Source: Alphaproteobacteria bacterium
GTDB taxonomy: Bacteria > Pseudomonadota > Alphaproteobacteria > MPNO01 > UBA830
Assembly: GCA_964291215.2 (NCBI GenBank)
Contig: OZ219790.1
Span: forward strand, 2,464,001-2,528,000
DNA length: 64,000 nucleotides
Reading direction: 5' to 3'
Shown piece by piece: positions 42,235-53,699 of the stretch. The notes below the pieces were generated by a model, which had not been told where the DNA came from, searched no databases, and saw only the letters and a program-made list of their open reading frames with translations. How positions within the stretch are numbered: position 1 is the first letter of the stretch; each line of letters opens with the position of its first letter. Position numbers and translations under genes: made by a program.

Positions 42235-43836
42235 CTACCGGGCGACCGGCACGGGTTCGATTTCGCCACGGCGGTGCATCTCGATGATCTTGCGCTTGAG
42301 GATCTTGCCGCTCGCGGTCAGCGGGAAGTTCTCCATCCTCAGGAAGAATTCGGGCATGTCGTAGCGCGACAGGCCTTCGGCCTGGAGATGGCGGAGCATT
42401 TCGTACATGCTGATTGTACCGATGACCGCGAGGCAGGCCCGCTCGCCTAGGCGCTCGTCGGGTATCGGAAACGCCGCCGCCTTCTCGACCGCGGGGCTGC
42501 GCAGCGCCAGCGCCTCAATGTGGGCGGGGTAGATGTTGTGGCCGCCGCGGATGATGAGATCCTTGAGCCGCCCGGTGACGTAGAGATTACCGTCCGCGTC
42601 GACACGGCCGAGATCGCCGGAGAGGAAAAGGCCGTCGCGGTTGAAGCAGTTCTGGGTCTCTTCCTGGTTGCCGAAATACCCCAGAGTGAGCGCCGCCCCG
42701 CGGCCGGCGATCTGGCCCACGGCGCCGGGCTCCGCCGGCTGGTCCGGATCCTCGCGGTCGACGATCGTGACCTCGTAGGCGGGGCCGCCGCGACCGCAGC
42801 TGTGGATCCAGAGTTCGGGGTCGTCGTCGGGGTGGGTGTACTGGTGCGAGGAGTTCTCGGTCATGCCGTAGACGTTCTGGGGTTTGATCCCCTGTGCAAT
42901 GAGGGCCTCGCAGACTACCGGCGGGATCGCCGCGCCGGCCATGTAGAAGATCCGTACGTCGCCGAGTCGCGCGAGCCCGGCAGCGGCCTGTTCGGCGAGC
43001 ATGTCCATCGCGTGGGTGGGGACGCCGAGCACGTAGGTCGCGCCGGTCTCGACGATCCATTCGAGCCGGCTCATTCCCGGCGGCGGCGCGTCGATGATCA
43101 GCTCGCCGCCGCAGACCAGCCACTCCGCCGCTGCCACCCAGGCAATATGGTGCGACAGCGGGCTCAAGGTGAGGATGCGGGTACCGCTGTCGAGGCCCCA
43201 GTCGCGCACCATGTCGCGGGCGTTGGCGAGCAGCGTGTTGGCGGAATGCATTACGCATTTGGGCGGTCCGGTAGTTCCCGAGGTGAAGGCGAGATAGGTA
43301 ACCCGGTCGGGATCGGTCTCTGCCGGCTGCTTGGGCGGCGCCCCGGCCGTCGGGAAGGAGTCGGGGGTGAGGACCTTACGGAGCGTCGGCAGCGATGCGA
43401 GCTCGGCCTCGATATCGCCGTTGCGGCGGTCCGACCCCCAGCCGGGCTCGGTCAGCAGTACCGCCGCGTCGATGCGGCGCAACAGCTCGCCGATCTCGGC
43501 GCAGGCGTGGGTGCGGTGGAGCGACGGGTTGACGGCATAGCCGCCGCGCGAGCAGGTGAGGAAGGCGAGCACCGGTTCAACGCGGTTTGACATCCAGATC
43601 GACACCCGGTCTCCCGGCACGAGGCCGAGCTCGAGCAGCGCCCCCGCGAAGATGTCGACTTGCTCCTTGATCTCGCGCCAGGTCAGCGCGAGCGCGCCGT
43701 CGCGGTAGGCAGGGTCTTCGGGGCGCGCGGCGGCGTGCGTCGCCAGCAGGCTGTAGACGGTGTCGTCCGTCCACAGGCCGCGACGGTAATAGTCCCGGGC
43801 GTGGCCGGGCTGATGCAGCGTGAGGAACGGGCGCAT
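42235..43836 (-). CDS. Acyl-CoA synthetase (AMP-binding, cyclohexanecarboxylate-CoA ligase-like)
   Basis: FTSGTTGPPK, YGMTE, SGDLG, GRLKDLIIRGG, TASGKILK. Confidence 0.93.
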   Translation of the reverse strand: MRPFLTLHQPGHARDYYRRGLWTDDTVYSLLATHAAARPEDPAYRDGALALTWREIKEQVDIFAGALLELGLVPGDRVSIWMSNRVEPVLAFLTCSRGGYAVNPSLHRTHACAEIGELLRRIDAAVLLTEPGWGSDRRNGDIEAELASLPTLRKVLTPDSFPTAGAPPKQPAETDPDRVTYLAFTSGTTGPPKCVMHSANTLLANARDMVRDWGLDSGTRILTLSPLSHHIAWVAAAEWLVCGGELIIDAPPPGMSRLEWIVETGATYVLGVPTHAMDMLAEQAAAGLARLGDVRIFYMAGAAIPPVVCEALIAQGIKPQNVYGMTENSSHQYTHPDDDPELWIHSCGRGGPAYEVTIVDREDPDQPAEPGAVGQIAGRGAALTLGYFGNQEETQNCFNRDGLFLSGDLGRVDADGNLYVTGRLKDLIIRGGHNIYPAHIEALALRSPAVEKAAAFPIPDERLGERACLAVIGTISMYEMLRHLQAEGLSRYDMPEFFLRMENFPLTASGKILKRKIIEMHRRGEIEPVPVAR

Positions 43837-43966
43837 GGTGAAATCCGGAAGGCTCGGTGGGCGGCTCTGCGGCGTGGTGTCGGGTCAGACGCGGTTATAT
43901 ACCAGCCGCGGCGGCGCGGCACCTGCCGGGTGGTCTCCGTTGTCCCGCGGAGCGGGGTCGCGGATC

Positions 43967-44510
43967 TTACAGCGATGCGAGGAAACCGCTGAGCGTGTCC
44001 TCGAAGGCGTGGGGGGGGGGGGGGGGGGGGCGATGTTGCAGATATGCCCGGCGCCGGGGCAGCGAGACTTGGCGGCCGTCCTGTACCGATCGCGCCAGCT
44101 CGTCCATGACGGTCGGCGGCCCGCAGACGGCATCGAGCCCACCCGAGACGAACAGCGCCGGCATCGCAAGCTCGCAGAGGTGGTCGCCGAAACCGACGGT
44201 GAGAAGCGCCCGGATACAGCCGTGATAGCCGTCGAGCGAGGTGCGCAGGATCATTTCGCGGATGCCCTTTATGCGCTCCGGGTTTGCGTCGCGCCAAGCC
44301 TCCGGAAATCAGCGCCCGGCAGTGATGTCGGCGATCGCGGCGATGCCCCCCGGCGGTCGATTTTTCGATCATCGCGGCCCAGATGCCGGAATATTTCGGA
44401 ACTAGCTCGACCCGGCAGGCGGCGGGCACGAGGGCGCTGACGCGTTCGGGATGGGCAGGCGCGGTGGCGACCGCGGTCATGCCCCCGAGGCCGACGGAGT
44501 GTGAACGTCT
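43967..44510 (-). pseudogene. Alpha/beta hydrolase (enol-lactonase-like) remnant
   Basis: VGLGGM..HPERVSALV, PALFVSG..D, AGHICNI motifs in different frames; 5' end lost at the IS1182 remnant. Confidence 0.6.
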
Positions 44511-44942
44511 GATGCTGAACGCGTCTTAGGAGTTTGCGCCGTAAGGCGCCATGAGGATAAGCGAATCCTCCAGAGTCTCAACAACCGCATTTTTTGCGCG
44601 GGCGCTGTTGGCCTTTGGGTCGCGGGACGGCTCGGCTCAAGAAGGCTCGAATCGACCCTTGATCCACCCGTGGCCGCGCGGAATCCTAGTCATGCGGCTG
44701 CCAAACAGCCGCACATCCTCTTGATGTTCAATGCCAGACGCACCAGCACGCCTTGTCAAGGCCGCGTACGCCGAATCGTTGAAATCCCAGCGCCTGCTTG
44801 CCGATCGGCGCAAGCCACTTGCGCTCGGCGTATCGCGCGTGGCCCGACTCCGTCGCCAGCTTCGCCGCCATGCGCGCCCTCGCCGGATACTTGCGCGCAT
44901 CCGCTGGAGTCTTGCGACGGCCCTCCCGACCCAACACCACAT

Positions 44943-45448
44943 GGGTGCAGTTCTCGTATGGCGCATACAAGTCATTGATTTAACACGGTTGTGCGGTCGC
45001 GAGACAGCGGCGAAAACGGGTTTTCGTGGCAATCGCCCGTTTCAGGACAGGATTTTGTCACGACCCCCGCGGCATCGACAGGGGGATCCAGGCGCTGCGC
45101 CACCTTCGCGGCGCCAACGGGCCGACAGGGAACTGTCCTTCTTCCGCAAGCATCGCCACCGCATGCGCTACCACGCGCTGAAGCAACCGGCTCGGGAATT
45201 GTCGAGGCGGCAAACAAGACCCTTGTCACACAGCGCATGAAACGCTCCGGCATGCGCTGGCGCATCGTCGGCGGACAATCACCTTCCGCGCCCTGCTCGA
45301 CCGCTTCGAGAGCGCATGGACGGCCATGATCGGTGCAGACGACGCACCAGCCAACGACAACATCAGCCCAAATCACACCCCGGCACTGGCCGCATGAGAT
45401 GAACAAATGGTACTGAGCCTGCAACCGTGCCATACGAGACTCTCACCC
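44943..45448 (+). mobile_element. ISKra4-derived non-autonomous element copy 2 (506 bp)
   Basis: TIRs GGGTGCAGTTCTCGTATGGC / GGGTGAGAGTCTCGTATGGC; perfect 8-bp TSD CACCACAT. Confidence 0.85.
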
Positions 45449-45671
45449 CACCACATGGCCGCCTACCCCGAACGCCCCCCGAGCTCATTGCAGCACCCCG
45501 CGTCCGCCAACACCGGACGCTTCCCATGGATCGCTTGCAACTTATGCAACGGCTTCACCAACTGTCCCTGGTCGCTGGCGTTCGAAGATACCCGCGTCGA
45601 GACGGTCACCACCGCCAACTGCGCATTGTAGCACTGCTGATACCCTTCCGCAGAGGCCTTCCGGCGGATCC

Positions 45672-45855
45672 CAGGACCATTCTGTTGTCGCGATCGGCGG
45701 CGGACAACCGTGTCAGAGTGGCCGTTCTTGAAGTTGGTGGCATCGTCTCAAGGCCGGAACCGGCATATCGACAACGAAATCCGCTCCCGAATGGACCTCC
45801 AGATCTGCCTACAACGTCCCCTCGTCGGACGAAACCGGACAAAAGAAGAGCCCTG
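45672..45855. mobile_element. 184-bp MITE with ISAs1-type ends
   Basis: Ends CAGGACCATTCT / CAGGGCTCTTCT; perfect 10-bp TSD CGGCGGATCC; homolog at 51062. Confidence 0.85.
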
Positions 45856-46120
45856 CGGCGGATCCGTGAAATTGTCCTGCGCCTTCTCCTCGGGTTCCCC
45901 ATACGCCCGCTTGTAGCGCTGCCCGCCTTTCGGATTGCGCTCTTCGCCGGGGCCCCGGGCGTCGCCCGCCTCGCGCGCACGCGCCTTGATGCGGCCGCAT
46001 GAATCGCCGTCAACCGATCCTCCCGGCGACGCAACTCCCTCGGCAACTCGTCGCCCCGATACGCCTTCCCAAAGCGCTCGTCCTCCGATTCGTCTTCCGC
46101 CCGCGCGCGATTCAGCAACG

Positions 46121-46220
46121 AAATCCTTTCCAAGCTGTATTCGATCTTGCCGACTGCTGATGGAGGGAGGTACACAGGCCCAACTCTGCCGGTTTTTTGG
46201 CTGCGGGGCCGTCCACGGGT
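46121..46220 (-). repeat. Diverged copy of the ISAs1 right-end region
   Basis: Reverse-complement similarity to 35835-35920 (TTCGATCTTG.CGACTGCTGATGGAG). Confidence 0.6.
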
Positions 46221-46292
46221 CGCCACAGTCGGAAAACCCGGCAAGAATGCGGAAATTTGTGACCCGTTCAGCGGTTATTTAAAACATCAACC

Positions 46293-49200
46293 GTAACTGC
46301 TCACCCCCTGGTTCCGGCTTGATGTCGGGGTAGAGCAACGAACGGGTTTTCGTGGAGATTTGACACTGCATGCCGATTCGCTTAGTGGTGGTCATCGAGA
46401 ACGACGGGGACCCCCAGTGGGCTACTTTGGATCGAAGGCGACGAGCGGGCTGTGCCAGCTGATTCCGGGGCTCCGCATGATCTGTATGTGGAAACGCATT
46501 TCGGAGGCGGCGCGCTGATGAAGCGCAAGGCCGGGTGATGGCGACGGGCGGCGCGCGAGGAGTTCGAAGCGGCCAAGGCGCTGCGTGCGGCCGGCAAGGT
46601 GGCGGAAGAGGCCGTGATCCGCGTCTTCGTCATCCTGCTCGACATCCTCATCGTCGTCCTTCTGGAGAAGACCACGCACGAGCCGGAACTCCGGTCTGCC
46701 GCCGTCACAGACGGACAAGAGCGTGCCGGGAGCAAGGGCCCGAAGCCGAACCGGCAGATGGGCGACAACCTGCGCAAGATCATCGTCGAGGAGACGGTCG
46801 CGGCCTGCGACGCCTGCGGCGCTGACATCGACGGCCCCGTCGATCGGAAGCGCCGCACGACATCGTGTTCGAGGTCGTCGAGCGCCGCGCCGAGATCAAG
46901 GAATGCCCGAAGTGCAAGGCCCGGGGCCGGTTCCCCGAAAACATCCCGTGCAGTACGGCATCGGCATCCAAGCCCTCGTCATCAACCTGCTGGTCGCCCA
47001 GATGCTGTCCCTGCGCCGTCGCGCTCGTGCAGGCGATCTCCGGCATCAAGCTCTCCGAGGCCTCGGCTATGCTTTCACGATGCGTCATGGGAGGAGGCCG
47101 CCGTGGCGCACCTCCTGCAACGCCCGATGTCGATGATTTCGGATCAACAGCGAGTGGCTCCATGTCATCACTGACGGGACCCTGACGTGCAAGTTCCCGC
47201 ACCGCAAGCGCGGGCAAGAGATCGGCATCATCCCGTGCTACAAGGGCGTCCTGGGCCTCGTACATGGGCCAGTGTAGCCACCAGCTGTGCGGTAGCCACC
47301 TGCTGCGCGAACTGACCTTTGTCGTCGAGGCTACCGCGCGACTGATGAAGAGCCTGCTCCGCGAGGTCTGCCACAAGATCAACAAGAGCGCATCCAAGAC
47401 CCTGAACGACGCCGGGCGCAAGCGCTACCGCACCATCAGGGCGCCAGGGAACTGCCCGACATCCCGCCGAAAGGAAAACGTGGACGCAAGTCCGACGCGC
47501 ACAACCTGCACGAACGTCTCGTGAAACACGAAAACCTGCACTTCATAGACGACCATCGCGGTAGGGAACCGGGTTACCCCGGTCCCCCCGCACAGAACCG
47601 GACGTGCGCTGTTCGCATCCGGCTCCTCCCCTGACGACAAGGCGCTGGTTTGGCCACGGATGCTGGCTCAGTGGGCAGCGGTGAGGGTGTCTACGTCCCC
47701 GGTGAAGTCCTTTTGGGAGCGTCGCCGAAGGGCACGCATGAGCAGCTGTTTGCATTGGTGTATGAACTTCTGCAGGCTGCTTCCTGGAACGGCGTAGTAG
47801 CAGCCGTTGATAACTCACCACTTGGCCGTTTCGTGCCGGTTATCGTGCCACCGCCTGCGCAAGGCCTCCTTGATCCGCCGCAGGGTGCCCGTTTGCGAGA
47901 TGGACCGACCCTGAACCTGCCTTTCCTCGTCTGTTCGCAGAAGTGCGTCATGCCGAGGAAGTCGAACGTCTTGCCCTGCTTCCGGCGGTTTGCTCTGGCA
48001 AACCGACCGAACTCGATGATTTTCCGGGTGCAGTTCAAGTGGGCCAGTCTCTCCCCAAGGTCTCAGCGCCGCGCGTCGCCCAGATGCTGAAAGCCGCACA
48101 CGAAGTCATCCGCATAGCGGACAATGATCGTGTCGCCTCCAGCCATCCGCTTGCGCCAGTGGTTCTGGAACCAGTCATCGAGCACGTAGTGCAGGTAGAC
48201 GTTCGCAAGGCATGGCGATACAATCGCCCCTTGCGGTGTTCCCTTGCCCGTATCCGACCAGTCGGTCCCTTCCATGACGCCGGCGTTCAGCCACTTGATG
48301 ATCAGACCCCCCGATCCGTTTCCCGAGCATCGCGACCAGATGGTCGCGGTCGAGATTGTCGAAGAACCCACGGGCGTCAACGATCCAGTTGACCTTCCGC
48401 CGTTCCACCGTGACGGCATCGAGCGCATGATGCGTCCCGCGCCCTGGCCGGAAGCCGTAACTAAACCCGAGGAACTCCGTCTCGCGGCACCAGAATCACA
48501 CCGCCCGCTGAAGAATCTTGTCCGAGGCAATGCCAAGCGGTCGTTGCCCTCCATCCTCCTTGGGTATGTAAACCCCGGAGGCGCCCGGTACGCACCCCTG
48601 TGCACACGGGCGTGCAGGTCAACCAGTTCCACACCCTCCGCATACGCTTGCCACACAACGCCCCGCCGCCGCGTCCTTCCTCAAGGAATGGAACGCATCG
48701 TGCAGAGCGTCGACCGTCACGTAGTGGAGTAGCGCCACAAGACGCTCTTCCGGGTTCCTCTTCGCTACCTGCGTTCAGCCGCCTGTGACCCCCGCTTCTG
48801 CGCGCGGCGCGGGCCAACCGCATTGCCCTTGGCCTTCCCTCCAGCAACTCCGCAGGCTCCGAAGAACCCTTGTTCGCCGCCTTCAACGGTACTATGGCCG
48901 AATCTGACTTCTCGTTCATCATCGGTTTACGGATTAGTTCCTTTCCTCTGCGGCCCCTCCACGACAGAGGGGCAAGACCTCCCAGGTCCCTGCTTCGGCC
49001 ATGGTTCTCGGACCCCGCGGAGTTCCCCTCACCAACGCGGCTCGTTGCCTTCGGCCACGACCTCGGCACTCCGGTTTCAAAGCATCTCGTGGCTCAATAG
49101 CCTGCCGCTCCCCAACGCTTCGCCTGGCGACGCATGGTTCACGGAGAAAGTGGTGGTTAGCCTCTCTCGGGACTTGCACCCGGCCACATTCCACCAGTTT

Positions 49201-49451
49201 GCCTGGCGCACCCGACGTCAGCTTCACCAACAATGCCGGAGAACAGAAAATCAGGATGGCAAAGGTCAAGGTGTCTGGATGCTTCCGCTCCACGCAAAAG
49301 CATGGTGCCGGGGCTCAAGCTACCTCACCTCCATGGCCGCACTTGGCTACAATCATCACGTCGCCACCCAGATCGCCCTCGACGGAAAAGCCGCAGACAT
49401 CATCAACGAGCACTATGGCCAATCAGAACCCAACAAGGGGTGAGTAGATAC
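46293..49451 (+). mobile_element. IS66 family A copy 3, containing a group II intron
   Basis: Both TIRs; perfect 8-bp TSD CATCAACC. Confidence 0.95.
47555..49211 (-). mobile_element. Group II intron (least eroded copy); RT frameshifted
   Basis: GTGCG...AT ends; GTPQGAIVSPCLANVYLHYVLD, RYADDF, FDFLG; intact DV with AGC triad. Confidence 0.95.
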
Positions 49452-49578
49452 CATCAACCACAGCGTGGGAAAGTCCTGCCTTCCCGCGCGTCGTCGATTG
49501 TACCGTCGCCGAAAACCCTTTAATTTTGGGGGCGTGGCGCGATCGCACCTTCTGAGCGTACAGGGGTTCAATCAGGCA

Positions 49579-50121
49579 ATGACGGCATCAGGCGACGGCG
49601 GGCATAGCTCTGTCCGATGGTCAGAGGACATCTTCTCGGCACTCAAGGACTGCGAAATCAGTCAAGTGAGCTTCGTGCCCGACGCCGGGCACGCACGGCT
49701 GATCGATTGCTGCCTCGACGACAACATGATCAAGACGACGCGGCTCACAACGGAGCAAGAGGGTGTCGCGCTGGCGCTTGGCGCCTGGCTCGGCGGCGAG
49801 CGCAGCACACTCCTGATGCAGTCCTCGGGCGTCGGCAACTGCATCAACATGCTGTCGATCCTCCACGAGACGCGATCGCCGTTCCTCATGGTGGTTACCA
49901 TGCGGGGCGAATGGGGCGAATTCAACCCGTGGCAGGTTCCCATGGGCCAGAGCACGGCCGCGGTTCTCCGGGAGACCGGCGCGATCGTCTATGAGGTGGA
50001 CGAAGAAGGCAAGATCGGCGAGACCGTCGAGGCGGCGGCACGGATCGCGTTCGGATCGAGCCGCGTCGTCGCCGTCCTGATCGGTCAGCGTGTGGTTGGC
50101 TACAAGAACTGGCGCAAGTGA
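49579..50121 (+). CDS. Sulfopyruvate/phosphonopyruvate decarboxylase alpha subunit (ComD-like)
   Basis: VPDAGH, TTEQEGVA, LMQSSGVGNCIN, EFNPWQVPMG. Confidence 0.85.
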   Translation: MTASGDGGHSSVRWSEDIFSALKDCEISQVSFVPDAGHARLIDCCLDDNMIKTTRLTTEQEGVALALGAWLGGERSTLLMQSSGVGNCINMLSILHETRSPFLMVVTMRGEWGEFNPWQVPMGQSTAAVLRETGAIVYEVDEEGKIGETVEAAARIAFGSSRVVAVLIGQRVVGYKNWRK

Positions 50122-50193
50122 TGGCGGTCGGGGACAGCCGGCGCCGGCTGGGCCGCGGACCGGGGACGGGCGCCGTCGTGTGGAGGGTGTCCC

Positions 50194-50799
50194 GTGGTGG
50201 GTGAGCCGGGCGCCGCCATGCTCGGGCGTCGCGACGTGGTGGCGCGCATCCTCAGGGACCGCGGGGACACGCTTCTCGTGACCGGCCTCGGTTCGACGAC
50301 ATGGGACGCTGCTGCGGCCGGCGATCATCCCGGCAACTTCTATCTCTGGGGCGGCATGGGCGGCGCTGCCATGACCGGTCTCGGCCTTGCCCGGGCGCAG
50401 CCGGGACGGCGCGTCCTGGTGATCACCGGCGACGGCGAGATGCTAATGGGGCTCGGCAGCCTGGCGACGATCGCGGTGGCGGCGCCCTCTAATCTCGCGA
50501 TCTGCGTGATCGACAACCAGCATTACGGTGAGACCGGCATGCAGGAAACTCATACTGGCCACGGCGCCGATCTCGCCGGCATGGCCGCGGCCGCCGGTAT
50601 CGCTGCCTGTGCGACGGTGTGGATCGCGGACGAGCTGGAGGCGGCGGTGCCGCTGCTGCATGCCGAGCCTGGGCCGGTGTTCGTCGCGGTCAAGGTCACC
50701 ACCGACCCGGTGCCGATGGTGCTGCCCGAGCGTGACGGCACTGCGATCCGGGTGCGCTTCCGCGAAGCTCTGCTCAGCGTCGCGGCGGCGGACGGGTAG
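50194..50799 (+). CDS. Decarboxylase beta subunit, TPP-binding (ComE-like)
   Basis: YLWGGMG, GDGEMLMG...DNQHYGETG TPP motif; start may be 50218. Confidence 0.85.
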   Translation: MVGEPGAAMLGRRDVVARILRDRGDTLLVTGLGSTTWDAAAAGDHPGNFYLWGGMGGAAMTGLGLARAQPGRRVLVITGDGEMLMGLGSLATIAVAAPSNLAICVIDNQHYGETGMQETHTGHGADLAGMAAAAGIAACATVWIADELEAAVPLLHAEPGPVFVAVKVTTDPVPMVLPERDGTAIRVRFREALLSVAAADG

Positions 50800-50860
50800 G
50801 GCCGCGCCCGGCGCCGGTTTGCCGGCGCGGTGCGGCAGGACAGGATACGGGAGGCAGGAG

Positions 50861-51061
50861 ATGGAAGGCAGTGCCGGAGCACTCGCCCGCTACCGCATGT
50901 TCATCGGCGGCGAATGGGCCGATGCCGCTCCGGCCTGGATGTTCGAATCCTTCAACCTCTACACGGCGCGGCCGTGGGCGGAAGTGCCGGAAGGTGGCGT
51001 CGACCATCTCGCGGAGATCGAGGTCCGCGACAACGGCAAGCTGATCGCCGAGATGAGTGCC
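50861..51061 (+). pseudogene. Aldehyde dehydrogenase N-terminal remnant
   Basis: MFIGGEW..FESFN, LAEIEVRDNGKLIAEM; internal deletion; truncated by the MITE-like element. Confidence 0.75.
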
Positions 51062-51285
51062 CAGGACCATTCTGTTGTCGCGATCGGTGGCGGCCAACCG
51101 CGGCAGAGTGGCCGTTCTTGAAGTTGGTGGCATCTTCTCAAGGTCGGAACCGACATATCGATAACGAAATCCGCTCTCGAATGGACCTCTAGATCTGCCT
51201 ACAACGCCCCTCGTCGGACGAAACACGACAAAACACCGCTCATGCATGGGCAAAATCGTCTTCACGGCCTGTGAAGTTCCGGCCA
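51062..51285. mobile_element. ISAs1-type left end related to the 184-bp MITE, truncated by IS630
   Basis: About 160 bp homologous to 45672-45835, then diverges. Confidence 0.7.
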
Positions 51286-52524
51286 GTAGTCTTACATTAT
51301 TGGATTGACGGATATAGAGACTTCAGTTTCGTCCGGGCATCCTTCGTCGTGAAACGCCAGTCGACAGTGACATCGGCCGCATTGCGCCGTTCCACCCACG
51401 CCGCCGTCTCCCGCAGCATGGTGTCGCGGTCGGGAATGCGTCGCCGAAGGCATTGCCGCGACAGCGCACCGATCTCGATTTCAGCCATGTTGAGCCAGCT
51501 TCCGTGCTTCGGCGTGTAGCGAAACTCGAACCGCTTTCGTACCCGCCTCCTCGGGCTCGAAGGCTTCATACAGCGACTGTGCGTGTTAAGATTATCCAGC
51601 ACGATCTTTCTGTCGGGGAAATGGTCGTCGGCAAGCTCCCGGATGAAGTGTGCCCAGTCCCGCGGCGGTCGGTGACTTTCACCGTGCGCCAGTTCTCGTT
51701 GGGCGCAAAGGCCATGAAGAGGTTGGCCGTACCGTTGCGCTCATATTCATAGTCGACCACCTCCGGCTGACCGGGGGATGCGGGTTTCCTTCGTCTGCTG
51801 CCGGCTGGTCTCAGCACCTCGTCTCTGGCAAAGTCCCGCTGATAAATGTCAAGCATGTCCTCCATCGCCGCTACGAACTGTGCGCTCCGGTGCGGTGGAA
51901 TGCACCAGTACTGCTTCAGCCACGGCTTGATCTCTTTTTTTTAGCGTCTTCCTGACCGTCTCTTCCGAAATGCGCTCGACAATCTCCATCTCCACCAGAC
52001 GGCCGGCGAGCAGCTTCAGCGGGCACAGCCCTCGGGCGGGGACGAACAGGGCGATCAGCTTCGCCTCCATCGCCCCCGTTTCGGCCGGCGGTTCACCTGC
52101 TCCTTGCGGCTGAGGGCGGCGTCCAGCCCCTCCAGGACGCAGCGCTTGCGCAAGCGCTCAATCGTCGCCGTGCCGATGCCCAGCGCAATGTCGGCATCGA
52201 CAAGCGCCCCCTCAGCATCAGGACCTGTGCCCGGCGCCAGGCGGCCCCGGTGCCGTCGACGATCGCCTTCAAATCCTGGCGCTCCTGCGTTGAAAGGGTC
52301 ACGCGGTAGAGCTTCCTGCCCCGAGAGTTGGCCATATGCGCCGCTCCTGTCATTGCGCCGAAGACCTGCGGGCATGCCCGTTGTCCGGACCTGCACATGG
52401 GGCTGCGACTGCCTGCCTGTTCGGCATCTTGCCCGTGTGGATATCGACACTGTCCGGATTCCAACGGATGCCGACACAGGAATACTACCCACCAAAAACC
52501 ATCAATACAATGCCGGTGTAATAC
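51286..52524 (-). mobile_element. IS630-family element copy 2, degenerate
   Basis: Homologous to 8583-9799 with the same DDE motifs. Confidence 0.9.
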
Positions 52525-53160
52525 TAGGCGACGAAGACGAAGTCGTCAATGGTCAGGGTGCCCACGCTCGTGCCGAGCAGCGTGATGGTGTCTCCCGCAT
52601 CGCCGTAGCCGATGACGGTATCGCGGCCGTCCTGGCGGATTTTTAGCGACTCGAAAGCGGCTTCGTCCGAGGTGTCGTCCGCAACGTTGAGGCGAAGCTG
52701 GATGACTTTTCTTCCCGAAGGCTCGAAACTGTTTGTGACGCTGTTGTAGGAAAGGAAGGTGAGGCCGAAATCCTCGATCGTGTCCTGCCCGTCGCCCTCG
52801 TGGAACACGAAGGTATCGGCCCCGAGTTGCCAGCCATGGTGTCGTTGCCCTTGTCGCCAACCATAGTGTTGTCGCCCCAGCTACCTTCCAGAGTATCGTT
52901 GCCGTCATCGCTGTAGAGTTTGCTGTTTCCCCCCGAGTTGGCATCCAGGGTGTCGTCGCCGGCCCCGCCATGGAGTTCGTCGTTTCCGCGGCCACCTTGC
53001 AGGTAGTCGTTGCCGGCTCCGCCGTGCGCAGCGGGTGCAGCGTGTCGCCTTCGACGCCGTAATCGAGCATGTCGCCGTACAGCCTGTCGTCGTCAGCCTC
53101 GCTGTGCAACGTGTTGTCGCCATCACCGCCGGTCAGCGTGTTCGCGTCCTTGCCGCTCTT
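52524..53160 (-). pseudogene. RTX (hemolysin-type Ca-binding repeat) protein C-terminal remnant
   Basis: GGxGxD repeats (GGRGNDELHGGAGDD, GDKGNDT); DTFVF..GDGQDTIEDF; T1SS-type end DDFVFVA; frameshifts. Confidence 0.8.
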
Positions 53161-53169
53161 CAGTACCTC

Positions 53170-53699
53170 CCCGCCAGCAGGCCCGCCGCTCGAGGCGTCG
53201 CCGGACGTGCCCTCCGGCGGCGCGGGTCAAGCGCGCGCGAGTTCCTGCGTCCGGTCGAGACCGGCGATCCAGCGGATGCTGTTCTTGCCCTCAGCTCGGC
53301 GGAAGTCCGCCTCAAACATCCCGAGCGGTCGGCGTTCACCGTCATGCCGACCGGATACCCGAGGCGCCCTTGCCGCCGATGTCGTCAAGGTCCGACGTTG
53401 CCGACAGGTCGTCGTAGTTCAGCGTGTCCTGCCAGCCGCGCGGCACAGCTCCACCGTCTGCTCGATGTGCGAATCCAGTATGTGCTCCATCCTCACCGCC
53501 TCGTTGGATAGCAACCGATAGGCCGCCGTTTGTTCCGCCACCCCGGGAAGATCGCCGGCAGGCGCTCGCTGAGGCGCCTCGCCCATCTGCATGACCCGGT
53601 GCCTGATCCTGCCGTGCGTGCTGCGGCCACACTCTCTCATCGCTCAATCCCCCTCACTGTACAGCGACCCGGACCAGCCGAGAACTCGTTCCGGCTCGC
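53170..53699 (-). pseudogene. IS4/Tn5-like transposase fragment
   Basis: GRSTHGRIRHRVMQMGEA, AAYRLLSNEAVRMEHIL, QDTLNY..L..IGGKG. Confidence 0.7.

Larger units (their letters stand above)
44527..46115 (-). mobile_element. IS1182-family remnant interrupted by two MITE-like insertions
   Basis: RGDELPRELRRREDRL, QDNFTDP, YNAQLAV, LADAG, ARYAERKWL, GFQRF.VRGLDKA. Confidence 0.75.

Noticed and set aside
44011-44030. 20-nt poly-G run as a phase-variation tract
   Set aside because: Lies in an already broken hydrolase gene; long G/C homopolymers are common sequencing artefacts
47555-49211. RT as a retron or diversity-generating retroelement
   Set aside because: GTGCG/AT ends, DV/DVI and the maturase domain identify a group II intron; no template/variable repeat pair seen
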